Virus record (IMG/VR): IMGVR_UViG_3300032421_000010
Span: 1 to 41,698 of that record
Length of the DNA stretch: 41,698 nt
Reading direction: 5' to 3' (one strand)
DNA from: a virus
Lineage: Duplodnaviria; Caudoviricetes
Both the position numbers and the translations under genes were made by a program. Shown here one piece after another: positions 8,700-17,794 of this stretch; position 1 is the stretch's first letter, and every line of letters starts with the position of its first letter. The notes below the pieces were generated by a model, which worked only from the letters and a program-made list of their open reading frames with translations, ran no database searches and had not been told where the DNA came from.

Positions 8700-9569
8700 A
8701 TGAAAACAAGCAAGGGGAAGGTAAGAGAAGCGGAATTCCTGATTGTCTATGGTCCGCCCGGAATCGGGAAGTCTAGTTTTGCCTCGGATGCTCCAAGTCC
8801 GTTTTTCTTGGATGCCGAGGGCGGCTCTAAGAACCTAGACGTTGAGCGTGTTGAACCGGAAACATGGGAGGATGTTCGTGAAGCCATCGAACTATTTTCA
8901 AAATCTGGAAAAGAAACATTGGTGGTTGATACCCTGGATTGGCTTGAGAAACTATTGGTTCAGGACGTTCTCAAGACGGCTGGCAAGAATACAATTCAAG
9001 AGATTGGCGGATATGGAAAGGGGTATGAGGAAATAACCCGCAAGTGGGTTGGCTTCCTAGATGCCCTGGACGCCCTACACAAAGACGGAAAAAACATCAT
9101 TCTCTTGGCCCACAGCGAGGTCAAGACAATGAACGACCCAACGTCTTTGCCATACGACCGCTTCCAAATGAAGCTCTATGCCAAGGCGGCGGCGTTGTTC
9201 CGTGAGAGGGTTTCCAATCTGCTATTCCTCAACACAGAAACGCTGACCAAGCAAGGCGAGAAGCGTGGGTTCTCGGACAACGTGCGGTATATCTTTACCG
9301 AACGCCGTCCGGCCTATGACGCCAAGAACCGCTTCGGATTGCCAGAACGGTTCGAGCTTAAACAGGTTGGACCGTTCAAGCATTATCTGTCGCTCAAGAA
9401 CGACAGCAACCCAACCGATATAGCTACGTTGCGGAGGCAAATCGAAGGATTACTTGAACAAGTGAAGGACGATGACGAGAGAAAGAACATCGGGGAAGCG
9501 TATAAGCGCAAGACCACGGTGGAAGAGTTAAGTAGCTTAAAAAATAAATTGGAGGTGTATCTTGGCTAA
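8700..9569 (+). CDS. Sak4-like AAA ATPase recombinase
   Basis: YGPPGIGKS, VVDTLDWLE, LLAHS, AKNR. Confidence 0.85.
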   Translation: MKTSKGKVREAEFLIVYGPPGIGKSSFASDAPSPFFLDAEGGSKNLDVERVEPETWEDVREAIELFSKSGKETLVVDTLDWLEKLLVQDVLKTAGKNTIQEIGGYGKGYEEITRKWVGFLDALDALHKDGKNIILLAHSEVKTMNDPTSLPYDRFQMKLYAKAAALFRERVSNLLFLNTETLTKQGEKRGFSDNVRYIFTERRPAYDAKNRFGLPERFELKQVGPFKHYLSLKNDSNPTDIATLRRQIEGLLEQVKDDDERKNIGEAYKRKTTVEELSSLKNKLEVYLG

Positions 9570-10035
9570 TCGGGAAGGAACGTTTGAGGGTGGTATAAGC
9601 AAGTGTGGTGTGTTTGAGCGGGATGGAGTTCGGAAAGTGTTCATGGAGTTCGCCTATCAGGATGGCGAGAACATCGAACACATTACTTGGTGGGGTGGTC
9701 TTGATGACAAGCTCATCACGGTCAATGAGAAGAAAACCACACCAAAAGATATGAGCCTTGACACTATGTTTGTGGCTGGTTGGAACGGTGATATTGAACC
9801 ATTCGCCAGGGGTGATTGCGAGAAGGCGTTTCCCGCCGCCCCGAAGGTGTTCCTGAATCTCAAGAAAAACGGGGAATACCTGAACGTCTATGTCAATGCC
9901 AACCGTGGGGGTCTGGACCCCGCCGTGGCCGCTGGCATCTTGGGCGGTCTTAAGGCCGACATTCTCGCCGCTAAAGAACGGGCCAAGAGCATCAAGCGTG
10001 ATGCTCCGACCGGCAAAGGTGGCAAGAAGTGGTAA
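9562..10035 (+). CDS. Putative ssDNA-binding protein
   Basis: Position right after Sak4 and beta-rich sequence; inference from synteny. Confidence 0.5.
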   Translation: MANREGTFEGGISKCGVFERDGVRKVFMEFAYQDGENIEHITWWGGLDDKLITVNEKKTTPKDMSLDTMFVAGWNGDIEPFARGDCEKAFPAAPKVFLNLKKNGEYLNVYVNANRGGLDPAVAAGILGGLKADILAAKERAKSIKRDAPTGKGGKKW

Positions 10036-10625
10036 TAGACCTTACCCAAGGGTCTGATGCTTGGAAGGAATGGAGGCGTCTGGGCGTTGGTGGCTCAGAC
10101 GCACCCATCATCCTGGGGCTATCGAAGTATATGACCAGACAAGAGCTACTAGAAGAAAAGATAACCGGTGTTAGTAAGCGTAAAAATGATTTCGTATTAG
10201 AAAAAGGCCATGAGTTCGAGGCCAAGATAAGGGCTAAATATGAGCTTACAACCGATGGGGATTTTCCGCCGACCTGTTTTCAATCGGATGTTCTTGAGTG
10301 GCTTCGGGTTTCATTGGATGGGTACAACAGGGATACAAACACGGCATGGGAAATCAAGTGGGTCGGAAAGAATAACGTGCACGTTGAAATCTCGCCGTCT
10401 CATTACTGTCAATGTCAACATGAACTAATGGTAAGCGGGGCGTCCCAAGTATTGCTTCTTAGGGGCAATACCGCCGATGACATTGATGAGCAGATAATCA
10501 AGCCAAATATTGAGTACCAAAAGATGCTGATGATTGTGGAATCAAACTTCGTAAAGGAACTCAAAAAAGGTGTTAAGGCCATATCAAAAGTCGGCACTAG
10601 ACCTAATACGGCAAGCGTTCAATAA
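10029..10625 (+). CDS. YqaJ-like viral recombinase exonuclease
   Basis: QGSDAW..WR..GVGGSDA, GHEFE, SLDG, EIK, QCQH. Confidence 0.9.
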   Translation: MVIDLTQGSDAWKEWRRLGVGGSDAPIILGLSKYMTRQELLEEKITGVSKRKNDFVLEKGHEFEAKIRAKYELTTDGDFPPTCFQSDVLEWLRVSLDGYNRDTNTAWEIKWVGKNNVHVEISPSHYCQCQHELMVSGASQVLLLRGNTADDIDEQIIKPNIEYQKMLMIVESNFVKELKKGVKAISKVGTRPNTASVQ

Positions 10626-11937
10626 CAATGAGCGCAAGGTTTTATTGCATCTCGATACGGGTGCTGGCAAGACTGTTATCTTTTGCGAGTTACTTAAACT
10701 AGCGAAGGCCAAAGGACTCCATGCCATCATGGTCGTGCGTGGTCGGCAACTTGTTGACCAGGCATCCAAACGACTTGATAGAGAAGGTGTAGAGCATGGA
10801 GTTCTTATGGCCGGTCATTGGAGACAGAGGCTTAATCAGCCTATCCAGGTCTGCTCCATTGATACTCTCATTAGCCGGTCACTAACCCCCAAGGCAGACC
10901 TAATAGTAATAGACGAGGCCCACCTAGCAACGTCCAAGGGCTATGGTGAGTTTCTTGGCAAGTATGCCCACGCCAGCGTATTATCGGTCACGGCCACCCC
11001 CTACGGCCCAATGGGCTCACAGCACGTTATACGGCCCATATCCACGGCAGAACTGATAGAACAGGGGTATCTAGTACCACCCCGCTATTTTGCCCCATCC
11101 TTGCCCAATCTAAAGGGCATTAAGACCGTCAACGGTGATTATGCAAATAAAGAATTGGAGGAACGCATAGATGAGGGAGGACTTATTGGTGACATTGTTG
11201 CGAATTGGCTCATACTTGGAGGAGGACGACCTACGATTTGTTTTGCGGTATCTGTCCACCACTCAAAGAACATCTGCCAAGCGTTTAATGCAAAAGGCGT
11301 CAAGGCAGAACACATGGACGCCAACACGCCGGACAAAGAGAGGCAAGAGATACTCGAAAGGTCGGAAACTGGCGAGACTAAAATAATCGTGAACGTTGGC
11401 ATCTTGGGCCTTGGCGTTGATATGCCTTGGGTGTCCTGTCTTATCATGGCAAGACCAACGAAGTCTGAGATTCTATTCGTGCAACAACTCGGTAGGGGCA
11501 CAAGACCTTATCCCGGTAAGTCAGACTTCATCCTACTTGACCACTCATCCAACTGCCTACGCCACGGGTTCTTGACCGATGAGCGTGAGGTCAATCTTAC
11601 CAATGCGGCAAGAGAAGAGAAGCCAAAGTCCGTTACCATGTGCGAGAAGTGCTTTTGCGTTTTCTATTCCGGCTCGTGTCCTAACTGTGGTGAAAAGAAC
11701 GAAGTCAAGCTAAAGAAGTTCGAGACCAAGGAAGGAAATCTAGAAGAGATTACGCCCGAGAAAATGGTGGCGTTAAGGATTAAACAATTAAAGAAGATTA
11801 GAAAGTCCAAAGGATATAAGAGGGGTTGGCTATGGCATCAACTCAAGAACGAATACGGCGAAGAGTTTGCAAATAAGCACTATAAGAGAACGCCGGATTG
11901 GGTGAAGAAAAAGATTAGTGGGAAGGGGTTGCTATAG
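10570..11937 (+). CDS. Superfamily 2 DEAH helicase with Zn finger
   Basis: LRPYQ, TGAGKT, DEAH, TATP, QQLGRGTR, CEKC..CPNCG. Confidence 0.92.
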   Translation: MLRPYQKSALDLIRQAFNNNERKVLLHLDTGAGKTVIFCELLKLAKAKGLHAIMVVRGRQLVDQASKRLDREGVEHGVLMAGHWRQRLNQPIQVCSIDTLISRSLTPKADLIVIDEAHLATSKGYGEFLGKYAHASVLSVTATPYGPMGSQHVIRPISTAELIEQGYLVPPRYFAPSLPNLKGIKTVNGDYANKELEERIDEGGLIGDIVANWLILGGGRPTICFAVSVHHSKNICQAFNAKGVKAEHMDANTPDKERQEILERSETGETKIIVNVGILGLGVDMPWVSCLIMARPTKSEILFVQQLGRGTRPYPGKSDFILLDHSSNCLRHGFLTDEREVNLTNAAREEKPKSVTMCEKCFCVFYSGSCPNCGEKNEVKLKKFETKEGNLEEITPEKMVALRIKQLKKIRKSKGYKRGWLWHQLKNEYGEEFANKHYKRTPDWVKKKISGKGLL

Positions 11938-12097
11938 GCGTGATTACGGGCTTGGGTGTCAACGAAGGCCAAGGAACGCCGACCAACGAAGCCTGTGTTA
12001 AAAAGGTTGAGTTCTGATAATAATAGGTTGCCGGAAAGCACCCGCCCAAAAGGACGAGTGCTGTTAAGGCAATGACCCGCTTAATTGCTCGGGACAT
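11915..12097 (-). CDS. Lipoprotein, o-spanin-like
   Basis: MSRAIKRVIALTALVLLGGC lipobox; Pro-rich mature part; lysis cluster. Confidence 0.55.
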   Translation of the reverse strand: MSRAIKRVIALTALVLLGGCFPATYYYQNSTFLTQASLVGVPWPSLTPKPVITPIATPSH

Positions 12098-12245
12098 TTG
12101 ACTGATTCGGGAAAAAAGCATCCACAATCGCCCGAACAATAAGTGCCAACGAACCGAACACACCATGCCACGGAACAAAATTGAGCCCCGCATTGGCCGC
12201 TTCTAGCATAGCCAAAATCGCTGTCAAAACATTCTTAACGTTCAT
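12081..12245 (-). CDS. Small membrane protein (holin/spanin-like), 54 aa
   Basis: MNVKNVLTAILAML... translated by hand; RBS GGAGG; two hydrophobic segments. Confidence 0.55.
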   Translation of the reverse strand: MNVKNVLTAILAMLEAANAGLNFVPWHGVFGSLALIVRAIVDAFFPNQSNVPSN

Positions 12246-12762
12246 CACTACCTCCGTTATATTCTTTTACCAGCTTCTCCACGCCATTATAATACTTTCC
12301 GGCTGTTTTACAACGCCATTTGAGGCCTTTGTTCCAGGACCTTATTGCCTTTTCCCTACCATAAATGCGGTATAACTTGCAAAATTGAGCGGATAGACAG
12401 GCATTAACATGTACCGGATTACGCTTTAGCCATTTCCAATCGTGAACACCGTTGCCATCCAGGACACGGCTACCAGCCAATATGGTTAACTTATGCCCAC
12501 CCATCCAGCCAAGGCTTCGCTTTGTCTTAAATCCACCTTCCATACAACTAATGGCTGACAATATTGGTAAAACCGAATAATTGCCACGGCACCCATAGAA
12601 CGTACCCTTGCAGAAATCCAGAACCTGTTGGCTATTTGCTTCGGGCTGGTAATGGGCAAACAACTTGAGCGTTCTGGCATAATGCAAGTCAAACGCATCT
12701 GGTCGTTGAGGGGGACACCAACCGAGCGATGGCAGGATGAGGAATAGAGGAAGGAACCTCAG
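12235..12762 (-). CDS. Lysozyme-like/SLT transglycosylase-fold protein with probable signal peptide
   Basis: AISCMEGGF and AIRSWNKG...YYNGV motifs; frame open up to a CTG at 12762; start uncertain (alternative TTG 12687). Confidence 0.6.
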   Translation of the reverse strand: MRFLPLFLILPSLGWCPPQRPDAFDLHYARTLKLFAHYQPEANSQQVLDFCKGTFYGCRGNYSVLPILSAISCMEGGFKTKRSLGWMGGHKLTILAGSRVLDGNGVHDWKWLKRNPVHVNACLSAQFCKLYRIYGREKAIRSWNKGLKWRCKTAGKYYNGVEKLVKEYNGGSDER

Positions 12763-12765
12763 AGG

Positions 12766-13227
12766 TTAAACATCCTCAATGTCATCTTGACTAGGAGATT
12801 CTTTAAATAAACAGACAGTCCCATTGGCAACCAACTCCCGCCAGTCTTTATTCTCGGCATGGTCCTTATCTACAATCGCCTTAAATCTTCCGCCCCATTG
12901 TAGCCCACAGTCCTCGACAATTAAACCGATTTTATCCCATATATAATCACTAATATCCGTGTCTCGCATGAACTGACCTTGTTTATCTAGGGGCCAATAG
13001 TCAAAAGCTAGACCGTAATTATGCGGGGATGAACCGAACTTGGCGTTAGATAAACCATTGGCACAGAAGTTATCTTGGGCTTCTTTGCCACGCCATCCAT
13101 AGATAATGTCAATCGGGACATTGGCCTCTTTGCACTTCTCAACAACTTGCCGATACACGCCGTACATACCAGAAAATAATATAAATGATTGTCCTTTATG
13201 ATTTTTGATTCTTATGTATTTTGCCAT
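12766..13227 (-). CDS. Endolysin, M15 (L-Ala-D-Glu peptidase-like)
   Basis: GWR...Q, SPHNYGLAFD, WGGRF..DKDHAE. Confidence 0.88.
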   Translation of the reverse strand: MAKYIRIKNHKGQSFILFSGMYGVYRQVVEKCKEANVPIDIIYGWRGKEAQDNFCANGLSNAKFGSSPHNYGLAFDYWPLDKQGQFMRDTDISDYIWDKIGLIVEDCGLQWGGRFKAIVDKDHAENKDWRELVANGTVCLFKESPSQDDIEDV

Positions 13228-13807
13228 AAAATTCCTCTAAATATAAAATTGCAGACTTCAATATATTTATATCATCTCTAAATTGTCCAAGACCACGGTT
13301 GCAAGAATCGCATAAAATTCCACGAACAAAACCATATTTATGACAGTGGTCTGCCGGATAACTAATGCTGTCTTTAAAAAAAACAATACCGCAAATAGCA
13401 CATTTTCCGTTTTGAATTTTTAGAAAATCAAGGTAATTATTTAATCTAAACCAACTACCATCTAGATTTTTTATTTTTTGATATTTCCATTTAGATTGTT
13501 TTGTTTGTTTTTTGTGTTTTTCTGGATTTTTAATTCTCCAAAGTTTTGTTTTGTTAGTAAAAAACTTAGGATTTTTTGAATATGCAATTTTAATCGCTTG
13601 GCTTTTATAAATTCTTATACAAGAACGACATTTATCAGCGAGACCATGTTTTTTGTTTTTAGCACTATAAAAATCCATTGTTGGTTTTATTTGTTTACAT
13701 TCATAACAAATTTTATATAACAAATCTCCGTTCTCGGAAAAAGTTCCGTACATATCAAATTCTGTTCTTTTTCGCCTCTTTCTAAATTCTTCCAGAAATT
13801 TAGCCAT
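13196..13807 (-). CDS. Endonuclease VII-like homing endonuclease
   Basis: QNGKCAICG...DHCH...VRGILCDSCNRGLGQF; AT-rich. Confidence 0.85.
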   Translation of the reverse strand: MAKFLEEFRKRRKRTEFDMYGTFSENGDLLYKICYECKQIKPTMDFYSAKNKKHGLADKCRSCIRIYKSQAIKIAYSKNPKFFTNKTKLWRIKNPEKHKKQTKQSKWKYQKIKNLDGSWFRLNNYLDFLKIQNGKCAICGIVFFKDSISYPADHCHKYGFVRGILCDSCNRGLGQFRDDINILKSAILYLEEFYGKIHKNQKS

Positions 13808-14033
13808 TGTGTCTCTCGTGCATCATCTGGATTGAACCCACGTGGACCCATCCGATATGATTAAGAATGAAGTAAATGAGAGCGCTCACCAAAAGAAGTG
13901 CCATGGTTGTGATAGAAAACCATCCCCACTTTTGAACATAGTCGTTAATCAATTCCTTAACGGCTTGCTTGTAAATCTCCTTCTGGTGTTCGTCTGTTTT
14001 ACGTGTCATATACTTTCTCCAATTTTTAAACAT
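13800..14033 (-). CDS. Putative holin
   Basis: 77 aa, one TM helix, upstream of the endolysin. Confidence 0.5.
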   Translation of the reverse strand: MFKNWRKYMTRKTDEHQKEIYKQAVKELINDYVQKWGWFSITTMALLLVSALIYFILNHIGWVHVGSIQMMHERHNG

Positions 14034-14040
14034 AACCGAC

Positions 14041-15009
14041 CTAAATAATCCCCATAAATTGTAAAATCAAATAAGCGGTTGGGTCTGTACTTGCACCACC
14101 AACATTTTGAAATAAAAATCCACACGCTGTTGTGGTTACTAATGTTCCGGATAAACCAGAAACATAAAGATTACTCCCCGATGTTTGTCCAAAGGCATAT
14201 ATACCGTAAAACGCATCAGATTGTGTACTCAAAAATGTTGTAACTACATTACCCGTGGATGCTCTGGTTACATTTTGAACGAGCGTTGGATTCAAGCTTC
14301 TTGTTCCCGAAAACCAAAAACTCTCCTTGGGAGAGGTAACTGAACCAGAGGCCGTTGTCGTGAATGTATATGTATTTGTTGTGGTGCTTAAAATTGCGTG
14401 TAACTGATTTAAATTTCCTATTGTGGCCGCAGTGGACCCGGCTATAACAATAATATCATTTATGGCATATCCGTGAGTATTGTGTGTAACTGTGGCGGTT
14501 GAACCCGAAATGGTTATGGCGACAGATGTTCCGGACCCCAAACTTTTTCCAATTAAAGAACAGTTGGGTATTGTTAAATTAGAACCAGTCGGCGCAAAAC
14601 CGTGAACCGTAGAAGAAACATCGTTTGTTGTATTCCCGCCGGAAAGAGACAACCCGGCCTCTGGTAATCCGGTGCAATTTGTTAAAGTTCCACTGGCCGG
14701 TGTACCCAACCTTGGCGTAACAAGCGTGGCACTATTGCTCAAAACAACGGTGGTTCCGCTTCCGGTGGTCGTGGCGGCGGTTATGGCAGTTCCATCCCCC
14801 GCAAGAACCGGAGAGTTTATGGATGTGGTGAGTGTTATTGACGCATTTGAGGTTGGGTTGCCAACACTTCCAGTAAACCCATTGGCTGATGTGACAGAAA
14901 CATTTGTGACTGATTGGGCGGCTGGCGGTGTTCCTGGGTTTACACTTGAAGCGTTATCGAGCCCCGGAGCGAAAAGCAATAACAAAAAAAGTGGTGCGAG
15001 TTTTTTCAT
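14041..15009 (-). CDS. Thr/Ser-rich fibre-like protein with signal peptide
   Basis: [16 protein letters not shown]; [21 protein letters not shown] fibre-type motif; ATGA overlap. Confidence 0.65.
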   Translation of the reverse strand: MKKLAPLFLLLLFAPGLDNASSVNPGTPPAAQSVTNVSVTSANGFTGSVGNPTSNASITLTTSINSPVLAGDGTAITAATTTGSGTTVVLSNSATLVTPRLGTPASGTLTNCTGLPEAGLSLSGGNTTNDVSSTVHGFAPTGSNLTIPNCSLIGKSLGSGTSVAITISGSTATVTHNTHGYAINDIIVIAGSTAATIGNLNQLHAILSTTTNTYTFTTTASGSVTSPKESFWFSGTRSLNPTLVQNVTRASTGNVVTTFLSTQSDAFYGIYAFGQTSGSNLYVSGLSGTLVTTTACGFLFQNVGGASTDPTAYLILQFMGII

Positions 15010-16334
15010 TGGTCCACGACCCACAATTTATAATTTACACTTCCACTTGCGCTTTGTGTTACTGAAATATCCCCAGAACTATTGGATTGATACCATGAAA
15101 TGACGGGTGAATAATCTTTAATAACCGCACCACCTTGAAAAAGCAAAAGATTCGGAGCAATGGGGGTTGTTTGTGTTGTTAGTCCAAAAGTCGTTGTGTT
15201 GGACGATGTATTGTAAAATTCTGCACGAACGACATAATGAACCTTTCCTGTAACTGTGGGATAAGCCACCACTGGCGTTGTATTACTAATGGTTCCACTA
15301 ACAACGGTATAAATCGGTGTAAACGTTGGTGTTGCTGTTGGAAACGGAGTAAATGCAATTGGAACTTGCGTCCCATCTTCGTGAACCGTCCAAGAGCCTT
15401 TTTGAAAAGCCCCCACCTGAACCGTTGGTGTCGCCGCCAGTAAGGCATTATTGATTGAATTGAGCGGAGTCAGGGCTGGTTGGTCTATAACATTGAGCAT
15501 GTGTCCGGTGCTTGTGATAGTATTTCCAAAAGCATCAACCACCAAAGCATTGACGGATGGGGTGGCGCTATATAGCACCGTAACCGGCTGAACCAATGTA
15601 ACCGGCGTGGTCAAAGAAAAAGCCGGATTCGTAATGTGCGTGTAAAGCCCAAAATCGCCATTGTCTATGACCGCACCCCTCATTAACCCGGAGGCCGAGT
15701 TCTTGCCACCAATCCATTCAACGTTCTTATTCTGGTCTGCAATATCCTCGCCCTCCGGGTGGGCGGCGTCTCTAAGGGCATACCAAGTTGGCGTACTTGT
15801 GGGTGTCTTGTTATGGTCGCTAAACGCACCGAAACCACCAGAAATAATGGGCGTGTTTGTTGGCGTTGACGTATTAGTTGGAGTGCCGGTTGCTGTATTG
15901 GTATAAGTTATCGTTGCCGTGTTGGTGGGGGTGTTGGTCCTAGTATTGGTTGCTGTATTGGTTATCCCTGGCGTGGGTGTATCTGTATTAGCGGCCAAGC
16001 GCAAAAGCCAATAAGCCGATGTGGTATGAGACACGGGTGCAGTTCCACCCTGACCACGAGCAACGCCGGTTAGAATATCGTTTGGATAATCGAACCCCGT
16101 CCAATAAACCTGCTCACGCATTGGGTCGTTGCCGGGGGTTGGATAGGGCGTTGGTCTATACCAGTTCCAGAGTTGCGGTGTTGGAGCAATCGTTGGCATC
16201 GTGGTAGCAACGCCAGGACCAACCAATATATTTGTGTTGGTGGTGGTGTAATTACCAATGGAATGAACGGCGGTTACTTGAGAAAAGCAGGGGGTGGATA
16301 GCAACAAAAGAAAAGCAATAATTGTTTTTCTCAT
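15006..16334 (-). CDS. Secreted-type Thr/Pro-repeat protein
   Basis: [18 protein letters not shown] signal peptide; TNTPT repeats. Confidence 0.75.
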   Translation of the reverse strand: MRKTIIAFLLLLSTPCFSQVTAVHSIGNYTTTNTNILVGPGVATTMPTIAPTPQLWNWYRPTPYPTPGNDPMREQVYWTGFDYPNDILTGVARGQGGTAPVSHTTSAYWLLRLAANTDTPTPGITNTATNTRTNTPTNTATITYTNTATGTPTNTSTPTNTPIISGGFGAFSDHNKTPTSTPTWYALRDAAHPEGEDIADQNKNVEWIGGKNSASGLMRGAVIDNGDFGLYTHITNPAFSLTTPVTLVQPVTVLYSATPSVNALVVDAFGNTITSTGHMLNVIDQPALTPLNSINNALLAATPTVQVGAFQKGSWTVHEDGTQVPIAFTPFPTATPTFTPIYTVVSGTISNTTPVVAYPTVTGKVHYVVRAEFYNTSSNTTTFGLTTQTTPIAPNLLLFQGGAVIKDYSPVISWYQSNSSGDISVTQSASGSVNYKLWVVDQ

Positions 16335-16355
16335 TGTTGCTATCCTAAGTTGGGG

Positions 16356-17306
16356 TTAAGGAATCTCTTGCCCACTAATTGTATAGTCAACGTCAGAGCC
16401 GGTTGTGGTTTTGGCTTCAATGGCATCACCGTCATTCAGACGTATTGGGAAGTCAATCGGATATGTGTTTGACCCAACAGCCGCTAAGACGCCATTCCAA
16501 ATCGGTCTGGCCGTACCACCGCTGGGGTGTAAATAAACCGTAACCGTTTGCGGGGCGGTTGCTCCTGTAATCTGAATCGCCAAAAGATTGATTTCCGCCA
16601 CGGTGCTAACGGGAGCCGTATAGATGGCTGTCTGCGTGGTCGGTAACTGACCATTATCCACGAACGCCGTTCCAGGAGAGAACACAACCGTGGCCTGGAT
16701 TTGAACCGTTGGAATTGGCGTGGCAATCGCTTGGATAGATGACAACACCTGTTTTAACGTAGCCTCAAGCGCCCAACCGGGATTGGTTGGAATCGGAGTA
16801 ACGGTTGGCGTAGCCGTGATGGTCGGGGTATTTGTCGGAGTGAAAGTATTAATTGGCGTAAACGTATTGGTGTTGGTTGGCGTGAATGTTCTGGTGGCAG
16901 TATTCGTAGCGGTATTGGTGGCTGTGTTGGTGCGAGTATTAGTAAACGTTGGCGTAGCCGTCTTGGTTGGAGTGAACGTATTGGTCGGCGTGTTCGTGGC
17001 CGTAAGCGTGGGCGTTCCGGTGAACGTCTTGGTGTTGGTAGCTGTATAGGTGGCCGTATTCGTTCTGGTATTTGTCGCTGTATTGGTAGCTGTTTTAGTG
17101 GCGGTGTTCGTAGCAGTGTTTGTAAATGTAATTGTGGCTGTATTCGTGGCTGTTGCTGTGGCGGTATTGGTTCTGGTGTTGGTGAATGTGCTAGTAGCCG
17201 TGTTGGTTGATGTATTGGTGGCGGTATTCGTTGGAGTATCGGCCTGCGCCATTACGCCAGACGTAATACCGAACAGAAGTAATCCAAGAATCAATTTAAA
17301 ACGCAT
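16356..17306 (-). CDS. Secreted-type protein with a long T-x-T repeat stalk
   Basis: [20 protein letters not shown] signal peptide; about 150 aa of TNTATNT repeats. Confidence 0.8.
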   Translation of the reverse strand: MRFKLILGLLLFGITSGVMAQADTPTNTATNTSTNTATSTFTNTRTNTATATATNTATITFTNTATNTATKTATNTATNTRTNTATYTATNTKTFTGTPTLTATNTPTNTFTPTKTATPTFTNTRTNTATNTATNTATRTFTPTNTNTFTPINTFTPTNTPTITATPTVTPIPTNPGWALEATLKQVLSSIQAIATPIPTVQIQATVVFSPGTAFVDNGQLPTTQTAIYTAPVSTVAEINLLAIQITGATAPQTVTVYLHPSGGTARPIWNGVLAAVGSNTYPIDFPIRLNDGDAIEAKTTTGSDVDYTISGQEIP

Positions 17307-17315
17307 GACCTCTCC

Positions 17316-17633
17316 TTACGGCCACAACCACCACGCAACTACTCCGTGGTCGGATGGGTTTGATGATTTTATTGTGAATGAACCGTCTATTGGGATGACA
17401 CGGATAGAGCCCGTTGAGTTATCATCCTGGGCGGTCGCTATGATGTTCGAGGAGGCTGTGCATTTTGGATGAGAGACAATGGCTTGTCCCGATGCCAAGG
17501 TTGCTGTACCGAAAAGAGAAGGTGCCGCAAACGTATTTAGTGTAGCATAAATATCTTGCCTGTGTTTATTAAAATCGCCTTGTTCCACAGGCGGGATTGT
17601 GGCATTTATAAGCTGTTTATAGCCTCCGGCCAT
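17316..17633 (-). CDS. Putative virion protein
   Basis: ORF track; GTATL..G..IVSH beta-rich domain. Confidence 0.65.
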   Translation of the reverse strand: MAGGYKQLINATIPPVEQGDFNKHRQDIYATLNTFAAPSLFGTATLASGQAIVSHPKCTASSNIIATAQDDNSTGSIRVIPIDGSFTIKSSNPSDHGVVAWWLWP

Positions 17634-17794
17634 TATTTTTTACCTTTGTTTTTTCTAAGGCTAGTGAGAGCCGAATATTTACGCTGGTTTGAATATGCCG
17701 CCGCTAAGGCTTGTTTCTGAGGATGACCCGCTTTAACCATCTCGGCTACGTTGGATTTAAATGCCTCTTGGCTTCCTGATTTAATGAGCGGCAT
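17633..17794 (-). CDS. Small basic phage protein (MPLIKSGSQEAFKSNVAEMVKAGHPQKQALAAA), 53 aa
   Basis: Translated by hand; recognisable widespread phage family; RBS GGAGG. Confidence 0.75.
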   Translation of the reverse strand: MPLIKSGSQEAFKSNVAEMVKAGHPQKQALAAAYSNQRKYSALTSLRKNKGKK

